A program made the translations under genes and the position numbers. Below, in pieces: positions 13,926-25,672 of a stretch of DNA of 64,000 nt. Source of the DNA: Laetmonice hystrix (taxonomy: Eukaryota); contig OZ249436.1 in NCBI GenBank assembly GCA_965235115.1, forward strand, positions 50,718,001-50,782,000, written 5' to 3'. The stretch's first letter is position 1. Every line of letters starts with the position of its first letter. Under the pieces are notes generated by a model. The model had not been told where the DNA came from, did no database searches, and worked only from the letters and a program-made list of their open reading frames with translations.

Positions 13926-16900
13926 ATGGCGACGACCACGACAACAGACACCCCCAGGCCCGACATCAAATTCACACAGGTAAAAACTCTTCGCTTTCTG
14001 TCTTCTTGAGATGCCATTTCAATATTGCATCCATACAGTTCCTGGGTAACATGCACGTTTTAATGCACGTTTTTAATTATGTTTTCCTTGAACAATATAT
14101 AGGTTGATGATGAGGCTGCCAGGTATCAGCTATGTTATTGATTACCCCAGGTCAGGCGCCATGCTAGGAAATGCAACCACCGATACGCGACATCGCCGCT
14201 AACGTTACTGCTTTCACATAAAACCTCCAGTCGGCACATCCCTTGGTGGTGGCACAGAAAGAGACTCTGTATCGTCCGTAAGATATGTCACAACATGGGC
14301 GGGCCCCCACCATAGTATAGCTACAACATAGCGAAAGTGTCGACTCTATAGGAGTAAAGTGTTTCACAGGCCTGCAGCGGCACGGGCGGCGATATTGCAC
14401 AGTTATCCACTTCGTTTCTAATCTAAACACAAGAGATATATTCTGTTACACAAACCACTACAGCGGACCATGATACTCGGCCAACTATAGCCAGATAATA
14501 TGGTTGATGTGGTTGACACCCTGCAGTGGTTATAACCCTGGAATTGAGCAGTCCCGTGATATAGGTCGTGTTTTGTATGCGCTTCTGGGACAGTCATGTA
14601 GACGGAATCTACGGACCATATTTTCAACCGGTTTGACTGGGTTAAAACCTTTTAGAATAGGATTTTATATATTTTGACGTTGGACGTAATGGATGTGCCT
14701 GGAATTACACTTATAAAAAAGTACGCTTGTTCCCAAAAGGGAAGAAAACGGAGTAGGCATAGACCTTTATTTTTCAATTTGAAGTGTTGAAGATGACTGA
14801 TTTGTATTTCAAACTTGACATGTAATATTTACATACAATGATACAAGATTGCGTAAGGAATCGTTTAATTAAAACTAAGTTAACCCCCCGAATATTTGGT
14901 GTAATGAGATGAGTTGATTTTATGAACGGTTATCAACGGATGGTTTTGAAATATAAATGTTCATTACGTATACGTACGCAGTTATACTTGGAGATTCTCA
15001 TCGTACGGATCTTACAAACGTGCTGATCTCGCCGTAACTCTCCAGAGTTGAGTCATCTTCTGTTTTTCTCGGTAACCATATAACCTACCCTCCAACCGAC
15101 CCTTTAGCTTCTCCAACTATCACTCAACTTGACTGGTGCCCACATGATGGAAAGGGAGGTTGGGCAGGCATGATCCGCCAACGGTCGCAGGTGGTTAAGG
15201 CTATTATTTTTACTATTTTGATAGACAAGTAATCCAAGGCCGAGTTGTTTGGTCAAACGGCGCCTTTAGTTTTTAAGAGTCCACTTTGGGAGCATGTACA
15301 CAATATAAGCAGTGGGGTGGTAGCAGTTACCCTGCCGTTATAATATTGTTGTTATATTCGAGGGGCGCATGCAGTCACCCACCTCCAGTTGAATATTTTC
15401 AATACGCTCTCAGTGAAATATCGATGGCGACCGTTTTCGTTAGTTTCCCAGTTTACTGAGGTTTATCTGGTAATATTGCATGGTATCTCGATGATATTTT
15501 TATGATTTTGTATCAGCTGATTCCTATACATAATACAGTTTAATCGTTCAAATCTGGACAAAATGGTCTCTCAATGAACCCGGACTGACATCGCGCGTTA
15601 ACAGTATTTTAAAGCCCCCGTCACACTTTCCTGGATCAAGCGACGGTTTGAAATGATCCGTAGCGCAAGGCGATCCGGCAGCTTCTGTGACCTGGAAAGG
15701 CGATGATACGTGAAACTCCGTATCCAGAACGGGTTCATAAGGGTTGACACGGCGCCGTTGCGTTGGCCACCTTGATTCGTAGCAACCCGTAGCAAGCAAT
15801 ACCAACCCGTCACAACCCGTACCACCCGTAGCACGCCGTATCAACCCGTATCAAGCCGTAGTGGATACGTACCAATACTTGGTGTGATCCGTTCCTATAC
15901 GAACCAATACTTACTTATACGTATACTAACCCAGGAAGGATACCTAACAACCCGTGGTGGATCCGTCACCGATCACGTGATCACGGCTTACTAGGGAAGC
16001 GCTAAGTGTCCACTAAGGGTTGCTACGTATCGTCTACGGGTTACTACGTGTCATCTACGGGTTGCTACGGGTCTGCTACGGGGTTTTTATCCGTGGTCGA
16101 AACCGAAAAGGTTTTGAACATGTTCAAAACTTTTTCACGGATCGAAAGGCGGCTACGGATTGGTACGGGTTGCTACGGGTAGCTACGGAACATCCCGGAT
16201 CACGCCGGATCGGACTACGGATCATGCCGGATGCGCCCGTAGGCCCGATCCGGCAAGACCCGGCGCGCGAGTATGACGGGGGCTTAATGCTGTAATAACT
16301 GCACTCTTAGTCGCCTCTTAGTCTTAGTACACCGTACATTGCAGCGTGTGACAATCTATAGAAGTATTCGTCTGTGCGCGTGATACAGAAGTTTCTTACC
16401 GGAATCCTCGTCAACATTCCATCATGACATTTGGATAAATGAAATCGGCCATCATGAAGAATATAACGAATACTTTATCCGATTGTGAACATGCAGAGAT
16501 ATTTGGTCGCGTCAGTGCGATACATTACATTACCGTTTTGCACTACAGTACGTAGTCCTTGTTATTGTAATAAAAAGAGACTAGATCTACATTGTAATGT
16601 ATAAAAATGGCAGCTTTATATTATTTTCCCTCAATCAGATATTTATAGACAATGAGTGGGCCAATTCGTCGACATCGTCCACATTCCCAACCATCAACCC
16701 GGCCACGGGACAGGTCATTGCGCATGTGCAGGAAGCCTCTAAAGTAAGTATTGTGTCATAACTCACGTTTCAGTTTGACCCAGACTGTCAGGACAGTGAT
16801 TTCTGATCGCACACTTACTATAGGCAGACCAATCACTTCCCGACACATTTCATACAGTGGTAGAATAGAAAAACAAGGTTTATCTACAATATACTAACTA

Positions 16901-19900
16901 CGATAATCATTATGTGTCGTATTATCACAGCGATTGTGTATAAAAACTGTTAAAGTAAAAGGCATACTTCTAGGGGGACATAGACAATGCAGTTACCGCG
17001 GCCCGGAGAGCCTTTAAGAGAGGGTCGCCATGGCGACGGATGGACGCCTCCGGTAGAGGTCGCCTAATCTTAAAGTTGGCGGATCTCATCGAAAGGGATC
17101 GGGAGTACCTTGCCGTGAGTATAGAGTAATTATCGATCTCATCGAAAGGGATCGGGAGTACCTTGCCGTGAGTATAGAGTAATTATCGATCTGATCGAAA
17201 GGGATCGGGAGTACCTTGCCGTGAGTAGAGTAATTATCGATCTGATCGAAAGGGATCGGGAGTACCTTGCCGTGAGTATAGAGTAATTATCGATCTGATA
17301 GAAAGGGATCGGGAGTACCTTGCCGTGAGTAGAGTAATTATCGATCTCATCGAAAGGGATCGGGAGTACCTTGCCGTGAGTATAGAGTAATTATCGATCT
17401 GATCGAAAGGGATCGGGAGTACCTTGCCATGAGTAGAGTAATTATCGATCTCATCGAAAGGGATCGGGAGTACCTTGCCATGAGTCGAGTAATTATCGAT
17501 CTGATCGAAAGGGATCGGGAGTACCTTGCCGTGAGTATAGAGTAATTATCGATCTGATCGAAAGGGATCGGGAGTACCTTGCCGTGAGTAGAGTAATTAT
17601 CGTTCTGATCGAAAGGGATCGGGAGTACCTTGCCGTGAGTAGAGTAATTATCCAGCAAGGTCGTTTTCGGCAAACTATCTTAATATTCCGAGGGAAATTT
17701 TATAATAGGCCCATTGTTATAACTTAAGCAAGAACCTAGCAAAGAATACATTTGAATGTAGATCGATATTCTCTGTAATAACATGAGAATGTTACTTTTA
17801 GTCCAATGTTCTAGATATAAACAAAGGCTTCAACTCGAATAATTCGGGCCCATTGGGTCTTAGCTTACACAGGGAAAGGAAATGACATCAAGCCTGTATG
17901 TGTCATTATACGGGCACATTCTGATACCTGGCCCTAAACATTCTAAACGAGACTTATATCTGTTTATTTCAGCGTCTAGAAACGTTAAATAATGGCAAAC
18001 CTCTGAAAGACTCCCTTAATATAGACCTAAATGTCTGCACAGCTTACCTGAGGTACTTCGCCGGGTGGTCGGACAAGATCATGGGTCAAACCATCCCAAT
18101 AGGTACGAGCTAACGCTTCCAAACACTCGCTCACTCAATGAGTTTCCATCATGTGTCTTAGAGAATTTAAAACTTCTTGACAGGTACGATATCGTTAATA
18201 AAGTCATTGATATATTAATTATTCATCAAGTATTTGTGTTAAGTGACTGTTATAATACATGCATGGTCTACCTCTCTCCTATAGATGGCGATTTCTTCTG
18301 CTACACGCGTTATGAACCCCGTGGGGTGGTCGGAGCAATACTGCCGGCAAGTTACTTTACCTTTTACTTTTTTAGATGTTTTGCAAAAGTGAGACAAGGC
18401 TTCGACAAATTTAGTAAATTACGCTATAATGTTCTTCCCCGGGTAGTTTTATTTATAATCGAGGTGAACTATACACTGGTGCAAACGACTTCTGAAATGT
18501 TGTCTCAGAGTGCGGGTTTAGCGATGGAGTCCATGGCCGTAGTCTGGCCCAAATACGCGGGGGGGGGGGCAATCTGGAAATCCAGTTCGACCAGCGAGCT
18601 TTGCCAATTGCGGATTACTTTGAAGACACGTACCTGGGCGTCCCACGAGAAGAGGTCCCTCCCGCCGTCCCACGTTCTCCGCTGTCCTGTGGAATGTTCA
18701 TGCCAGAACTCTTCCAGGCCAGGACAGAACGAACAATGCAATAGAGGGTTGGCACTGGGGGTTCAAGTGCCGTGTCGGTTCTCAGTGTACGAACCTATAC
18801 AAGCTGATTGAGGTTCTGACAAAGGAACGCGCCCTGAAACAGTTAACCATCAACGGATTCGTCGCAGGAAATTCACCTGCGCCAAAACGGCGAAAGTATC
18901 GCGATGTACAGGGTGGGGATCTACAATATTCTCGACATCTACCATAATCGCACCATGGTAGAGATTCTCCGTGGCATCTCACTCAATTTCAACTTTTAAA
19001 TATACGTGTTTATCTAATCTGGTCTGAGTTAAATCATGTATCGGTTCTGCAACTCCTTTGTTGCTAGACTGTGTAGATCTATACTTAACAAAGATCGCAA
19101 TGTTTCTGGGTACGCCACTACGGATAATGTGTTACGATTCGCATTTCGTTTATTTGTATTTCTATTTGATATTGTACCACTGTTAGAATGACTGTTTCTG
19201 GGAGATTTGTTTACTTTATCAGACTCAGGCGGCAGAGTACACGCCAGAGTTAAAGCAATCAGCGACTATCGTTCATTTCAATGACTCCAAAAAGTAGACA
19301 TGGGCTTATAGGTTAGATAAGGCCTTAGACTACATAAATCAATAAATGTATACCCACGGAAATGGAGAAATCTAATGAAATTCAAAATTGTTGTGAGGTT
19401 TTTGAAAACCTATATTTTAACGTTTTGTTTATCGCGTTTCCCGGAAGTCATTTATCGCGGTCATTTTGTTGTGTCACTCTCGGATGGTGGTACGAGTTTT
19501 GTTCGACGTGCAAGAAAGTATAATCTGGTGAAATACACTTTTTCTTATAGGTACCCAAATTTACATTGTTGCCCTACTTTGTTCTGACATACTGATCAGA
19601 TATATTATAATCTGCAGTGGAACTACCCGTTGGCGTTACTCTGTGTGAAGGTCGGGGGTGCCCTGACTGCAGGATGTACAGTGGTTGTCAAGCCGGCCGA
19701 GCAGACACCGCTGTCGGCGCTCTACTTCGCCTCACTCTGCCGGGAGGTGAGTCTGTTGGCAGAGTCTGGGACAACTAGATTTCATCTCTTTCCCTTGGCG
19801 ACCAGTAGCTTAGTGAGGGTAGGGGGTAATTACCCCGAGTCCAAGCCTTCCAAGGGGTTGGATTATGATTTTTTTCTTTTTTTAAGATAATATGCCTAAT

Positions 19901-22900
19901 ATAATTGGAAGGAGGCCGGGGTGTGACCCTCGACTGGCCCTCCCTCGTATGCAATAAGTCAAACGGTGTTGTAACTTGGGCCTATAAAGTATAAAAGAGG
20001 GTAGTTTAGCTGGGATCATGATAAATGAGACTTTGATATACACCAAGTGACAGATTGTATCCCGCTACTCCAGACCACAAACATGTAATGGTGATTAATA
20101 TCTGTGATGATGCCGACCTGAGCGTAGTGAAATAGCAATATTTTCCAAGGGAATACCATTGGGTGTGCTCTATATACACAGCGTTCATAAAGCCACAGTT
20201 GCCAGTTTGTGCCAGGCGATAGATATGATCCAATTCCATCCATTGTTTGCCCACCCACACCTTATTCTATTTCTGATATCGATTTCCCTGGATAGGCAGA
20301 ATTCCCGCCAGGGGTCGTGAACATCGTCCCTGGGTTTGGCCCGACGGCAGGTGGCGCCCTAGCCGAGCATATGGACGTCGACATGCTGACGTTCACTGGG
20401 TCGACCGAGGTAGGCGCTGGGTGAAACGGAAATAAAATAATCTGTCCAATCTTATAAAGATTATTACGGTTCTATAGATAGCCTATAGGAATATTTGTAG
20501 GTTTATAACTTGAGTTTAGCAGTTGTTTTGTTTGTATAGGTTTATAACTTGAGTTCAGCAGTTGTTTTGTTTGTAGGCCTATAGGTTGGTCATTTAATAC
20601 AAATACGGTTCTCTCGATAGCCTATAGCAATATGTGTAGGTTTATAACTTGAGTTCAGCAGTTGTTTTGTTTGTATAGGTTGGTCATTTAATACAAATAC
20701 GGTTCTCTCAATAGCCTATAGCAATATGTGTAGGTTTATAACTTGAGTTCAGCAGTTGTTTTGTTTGTATAGGTTGGTCATTTAATACAAATACGGTTCT
20801 CTCAATAGCCTATAGCAATATGTGTAGGTTTATAACTTGAGTTCAGCAGTTGTTTTGTTTGTATAGGTTGGTCATTTAATACAAATACGGTTCTCTCAAT
20901 AGCCTATAGCAATATGTGTAGGTTTATAACTTGAGTTCAGCAGTTGTTTTGTTTGTATAGGTTGGTCATTTAATACAAATACGGTTCTCTCGATAGCCTA
21001 TAGCAAGATGTGTAGGTTTATAACTTGAGTTTAGCAGTTGTTTTGTTTGTATAGGTTTATAACTTGAGTTCAGCAGTTGTTTTGTTTGTATAGGTTGGTC
21101 ATTTAATACAAATACGGTTCTCTCGATAGCCTATAGCAATATGTGTAGGTTTATAACTTGAGTTCAGCAGTTGTTTTGTTTGTATAGGTTTATAACTTGA
21201 GTTCAGCAGTTGTTTTGTTTGTATAGGTTTATAACTTGAGTCCAGCAGTTGTTTTGTTTGTATAGGTTTATAACTTGAGTCCAGCAGTTGTTTTGTTTGT
21301 ATAGGTTTATAACTTGAGTTCAGCAGTTGTTTTGTTTGTATAGGTTTATAACTTGAGTCCAGCAGTTGTTTTGTTTGTATAGGTTTATAACTTGAGTTCA
21401 GCAGTTGTTTTGTTTGTATAGGTTTATAACTTGAGTCCAGCAGTTGTTTTGTTTGTATAGGTTTATAACTTGAGTTCAGCAGTTGTTTTGTTTGTATAGG
21501 TTTATAACTTGAGTTCAGCAGTTGTTTTGTTTGTATAGGTTGGTCATTTAATACAAATCGCGTCCGGAAAAAGTAACCTCAAACATCTCCACATGGAACT
21601 GGGAGGAAAGAGTCCAAACATCATCTTCTCTGACGTCGACTGTGAGTCTTCAGTTATGTCGAGCCCTTTATGGTATTAAACTCGATGAAGAAAAAAACCC
21701 ATAAGATCCGTATTACGTTCGTTATTGCCTATTTTCCAAACCTTAAATGACTTTCTTCAGTCCCGACGGTGGCAACCTTGTTGCCTCGGCCTTGGGACAT
21801 TTTGTCTAGCATTCTGGCCAGTATGTCATCGTGTGAAAAATTTTTAGTCGTGTGTCTTATCCCCGCCTGCAATAAAAAAAAATAGTTATTGAATCTCTAT
21901 AGAGTAGAATATAACCATTTACAAATATTTTCAATCACGCACCAGACCATTTAGATTGTCTTTGAATCTTGTAGTGGAGACTGCGGCAACCTACGCGCAT
22001 GCAGCAGTCTTCCACAACATGGGTCAGTGCTGCACGGCAGGGTCAAGGACGTTTGTGCATGAGGACATCTACGACGACTTCGTCAAGCTCAGTGTGGAAA
22101 AGGCCTTGGCCCGCAAAGTGGGCGACCCTTTTGACCTTGAAACTGATTCCGGATCACAGGTAATTAGTGCACCTTGGCCCGCAAAGTGGGCGACCGTTTT
22201 GACCTTGAAACTGATTCCGGATCACAGGTAATTAGTGCACCTTGGCCCGCAAAGTGAGCAACCCTTTTGACCTTGAAACTGATTCCGGATCACAGGTAAT
22301 TAGTGCACCTTGGCCTGTAAAGTGGGCGACCCTTTTGACCTTGACACTGATTCCGGATCACAGGTAATTAGTGACACCTTGGCCCGCAAAGTGAGCGACC
22401 CTTTGACCTTGAAACTGATTCCGGATCACAGGTAATTAGTGCACCTTGGCCTGTAAAGTGGGCGACCCTTTTGACCTTGACACTGATTCCGGATCACAGG
22501 TAATTAGTGACACCTTGGCCCGCAAAGTGAGCGACCCTTTGACCTTGACACTGATTCCGGATCACAGGTAATTAGTGACACCTTGGCCCGCAAAGTGAGC
22601 GACCCTTTGACCTTGAAACTGATTCCGGATCACAATTAGTGGCACTATACTCAGTCCACTAACAACCTTGTGCTTTCAGTTAAGTCGGACGAGGAAAACT
22701 TCACACAGTCCAGTCAGATGTGACTGACTGTGAGAACTTTTAACATCTTTTAAAAGACTTTTATTCAAAGTTCATCAGATTCCATTACTGGCGATCCCGT
22801 CTAATTAGTCAGGATAGTCCTGTCATTATCTGTGACGTGACGTCATGCTTGCCAACGGGAGGAAGTGGCTTCTTAATCGACAAGAATCATCGGGGGAAGA

Positions 22901-25320
22901 AACAGTGGCAAAATTGCCGATGGTAGTACTGACTTTCGATGATTTTGTGAAAGCGTGTGCAATGAATGATTATAAGTCAGTATTATTTGGAACTTATTAC
23001 AGAGAAACGTTTCAAGCCATCTCTTTTTCGGTGTCTGAGACTCTTGAAGTGTTTAATTACATCGATTCCAAGGCCCTATCCAAACGTCGCGGCAGCCAAA
23101 GATAGCAGATTAAGTTGCTGCTGGTATATTTTGTACGGGTTGCCATGACAAACTCTACTAGTTTCTAGAAATGATTATTTTACTATTAAATGGTTTCCAT
23201 GCGCAGCAGCATAGCCGGCATCTTGCTTGTGTGACCTAGGCCTATTTGCATGTTATATCTTTTTGTCAAAAATATTAATTTATATGCACCCACGTCTTCA
23301 GATCGACAAGAACCAGATGAAACAGATTCTAGATCTCATCGCCAGCGGGAAGGCCCAGGGCGCCAAACTAGAATGTGGGGGGTTCCGCCATGGTACAACT
23401 GGATTTTTTGTTCAACCTACCGTCTTTTCGGAAGTAGCAGACAGCATGTTCATTGCAAAAGAAGAGGTAAATACCGTTAAATAGCTAACATTTTCAAAGC
23501 TTTAATTATTTTTCCGTAGAAAAGTATTATTCTAATTGATATCTAGTTACATACAATATATGGTTTCAGACAATATTTTCTACAGCTCGTATAGGTGTTT
23601 GTTCGTAAACTCGTATATCTTGTACACTCATGCTGGCTGTTTTTACACTGGCCTGGTGAACTGCAGATTTTCGGGCCAGTGATGCAGATTCTGAAGTTCA
23701 AGACTCTGGAAGAGGTTATAGAACGAGCCAACAATACCATGTACGGGTTGGCAGGGGCCGTCTTCACCAACAACATCAACACAGCCCTGACTGTGGCCAA
23801 CAGCCTTCAGGCGGGCACTATCTGGTAGGCCAAACGTCTCACCCACTGGTTGGGAGGACTCGGTCCCAACGTCCCACCCACTGGTTGGGAGGACTCGGTC
23901 CCAACGTCCCACCCACCGGTTGGGAGGACTCGGTCCCAACGTCCCACCCACTGGTTGGGAGGACTCGGTCCCAACGTCCCACCCACCGGTTGGGAGGACT
24001 CGGTCCCAACGTCCCACCCACCGGTTGGGAGGACTCGGACCCAACGTCCCACCCACCGGTTGGGAGGACTCGGTCCCAACGTCCCACCCACCGGTTGGGA
24101 GGACTCGGTCCCAACGTCCCACCCACCGGTTGGGAGGACTCGGTCCCAACGTCCCACCCACCGGTTGGGAGGAGTCAGTCCCAACGTCCCACCCACCGGT
24201 TGGGAGAGTCCCAAAGTCCCACCCACCGGTTGGGAGAGTCCCAACGTCCCACCCACCGGTTGGGAGGACTTGGTCCCAACGTCCCATCCACCGGTTGGGA
24301 GAGTCCCAAAGTCCCACCCACCGGTTGGGAGAGTCCCAACGTCCAACCGACCGGTTGAGAGGAGTCGGTCCCAACGTCCCACCCACTGGTTGGGAGGACT
24401 CGGTCCCAACGTCCCACCTACCGGTTGGGAGGACTCGGTCCCAACGTCCCACCCACCGGTTGGGAGGACTCGGTCCCAACGTCCCACCCACCGGTTGGGA
24501 GGACTCGGTCCCAACGTCCCACCCACCGGTTGGGAGGACTCGGTTTCAACACCCCACCTTCTCGAGCGTCATTCACACTGCAAAATCCTAGTCGATCTAA
24601 ATCTCTCTTCGTAGAGACCCTTTAGTAGTCTGGAAGGCCATACACAGCCGAAGATTAAGGCACAGGTCTACCTGTCAAAAAGTGCACTTTATCCAAATCA
24701 CACCCTCGGTTCGGCCCTGCACACTCTAATCCTGTTTCTCTTTCTCTCCGCCATACATTTTGTACCTCGCTATAATCACCTTGTAATCAGCTCTGAGCGA
24801 AAGGAAATGCTTCTGAAAATATTGCACAACTCGTCATTCTGCTGTGATAGTTGAACGACTTGCTTTCGTACAGGATTAACACCTACCACGACATGAAACC
24901 TGCTGCACCATTCGGCGGATACAAAATGTCAGGAATCGGCAGAGAGCAGTAAGAAATCATTTAAAACAAAATCTAAAGTTTCTACTAAGTTGTTAATTAA
25001 TTAATTTAGCACATTTGACTCTGCATAGAAATAGATGTTGAAATTATCCATATTTTTCCCGCATTGTTAATTGTCCTCAAAATGCTGTCTCTGATTCTAG
25101 GGGAAAATGCGGTGTTGAAGAATTTTGCGAGGTCAAAACGGTAAGATATACCTCCGAATTATTGGCGCAAACGATAAAATATCCTTTTAACTTTCTGGTG
25201 CTAATTGGATGGAGAAATGTATGATGAATTTTTGTACTATTCCTTATTATTTACCGTTCATCTGTACTTACTTTTTGAAATCTTCAGGTGATGGTCAAAG
25301 TGCCTGAGAAAAACTCGTAA
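13926..25320 (+). CDS. ALDH1A: Aldehyde dehydrogenase family 1 (ALDH1A / retinal dehydrogenase-like, cytosolic), 14 coding exons, 497 aa
   Basis: Hand-spliced exons: 13926-13979, 16639-16743, 16974-17114, 17973-18102, 18285-18346, 19618-19746, 20296-20409, 21539-21641, 21975-22159, 23302-23466, 23667-23824, 24874-24948, 25101-25140, 25288-25320 (1494 nt, in frame; all GT-AG except one GC-AG). Motifs: [48 protein letters not shown] (catalytic Cys), [17 protein letters not shown]-terminal VPEKNS. An in-frame TGA at 13914-13916 lies upstream of the ATG, so no mitochondrial presequence is encoded from this exon. The 130/62 exon 4/5 split is ALDH1A-like. Confidence 0.95.
15613..16284. mobile_element. 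PIF/Harbinger-type MITE in ALDH intron 1
   Basis: TIRs agcccccgtcacact / agtatgacgggggct flanked by a 3-bp TAA target duplication (15610-15612, 16285-16287). Many subterminal ccgtag / ctacgg motifs are in opposite orientation on the two arms. Confidence 0.8.
17082..17652 (+). repeat. Tandem array (51-53 bp, 11 copies) of the ALDH exon 3 / intron 3 donor junction
   Basis: The unit is the last 33 nt of exon 3 (gatctcatcgaaagggatcgggagtaccttgcc) plus gtgagt(at)agagtaattatc. Confidence 0.95.
20465..21558 (+). repeat. Compound tandem array (39-bp and 94-bp units) of the ALDH intron 7 / exon 8 acceptor junction
   Basis: The 39-bp unit is gtttataacttgagttcagcagttgttttgtttgtatag. The 94-bp unit additionally carries the first 20 nt of exon 8 (gttggtcatttaatacaaat). 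Confidence 0.95.
22104..22640 (+). repeat. Tandem array (68 bp, 8 copies) of the ALDH exon 9 / intron 9 donor junction
   Basis: The unit is the last 56 nt of exon 9 (ccttggcccgcaaag...ggatcacag) plus gtaattagtgca. Confidence 0.95.
23838..24545. repeat. Minisatellite, 35-bp unit (some 30-bp), ~21 copies, at the start of ALDH intron 11
   Basis: Unit cccacccaccggttgggaggactcggtcccaacgt, starting ~13 nt after the donor at 23825. Confidence 0.95.
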
Positions 25321-25399
25321 AAATGTTGAGAAGATAGGCACGGAAAATTATACAGGATCATGGGTTAGTAAACCTTGCGCGCAGACGTGCACATTCTCT

Positions 25400-25672
25400 G
25401 CATACACCTTCGTACTACTGACTCTAGTGGCTCGCATACACCTGGTGCGTACTGCCGACTCATGTGGCTCGCATACACCTGGTGCGTACTGCCGACTCAT
25501 GTGCCTCGCATACACCTGGTGCGTACTGCCGACTCATGTGCCTCGCATAAACCTGGTGCGTACTGCCGACTCATGTGGCTCGCATACACCTGGTGCGTAC
25601 TGCCGACTCATGTGCCTCGCATAAACCTGGTGCGTACTGCCGACTCATGTGCCTCGCATAAACCTGGTGCTT
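25400..25672. repeat. Minisatellite, 37-bp unit, ~7 copies, in the presumed ALDH 3' UTR
   Basis: Unit gcatacacctggtgcgtactgccgactcatgtgSctc. Confidence 0.9.

Noticed and set aside
18065..18811. 248-aa ORF inside ALDH
   Set aside because: Only 18285-18346 is real exon in this frame. The rest is intronic read-through with no recognisable domain.
23838..24545. CRISPR-like appearance (35-bp repeat with internal palindrome)
   Set aside because: Units are head-to-tail with no unique spacers, there are no cas genes, and it lies inside a eukaryotic intron. None of the other arrays has spacers either.
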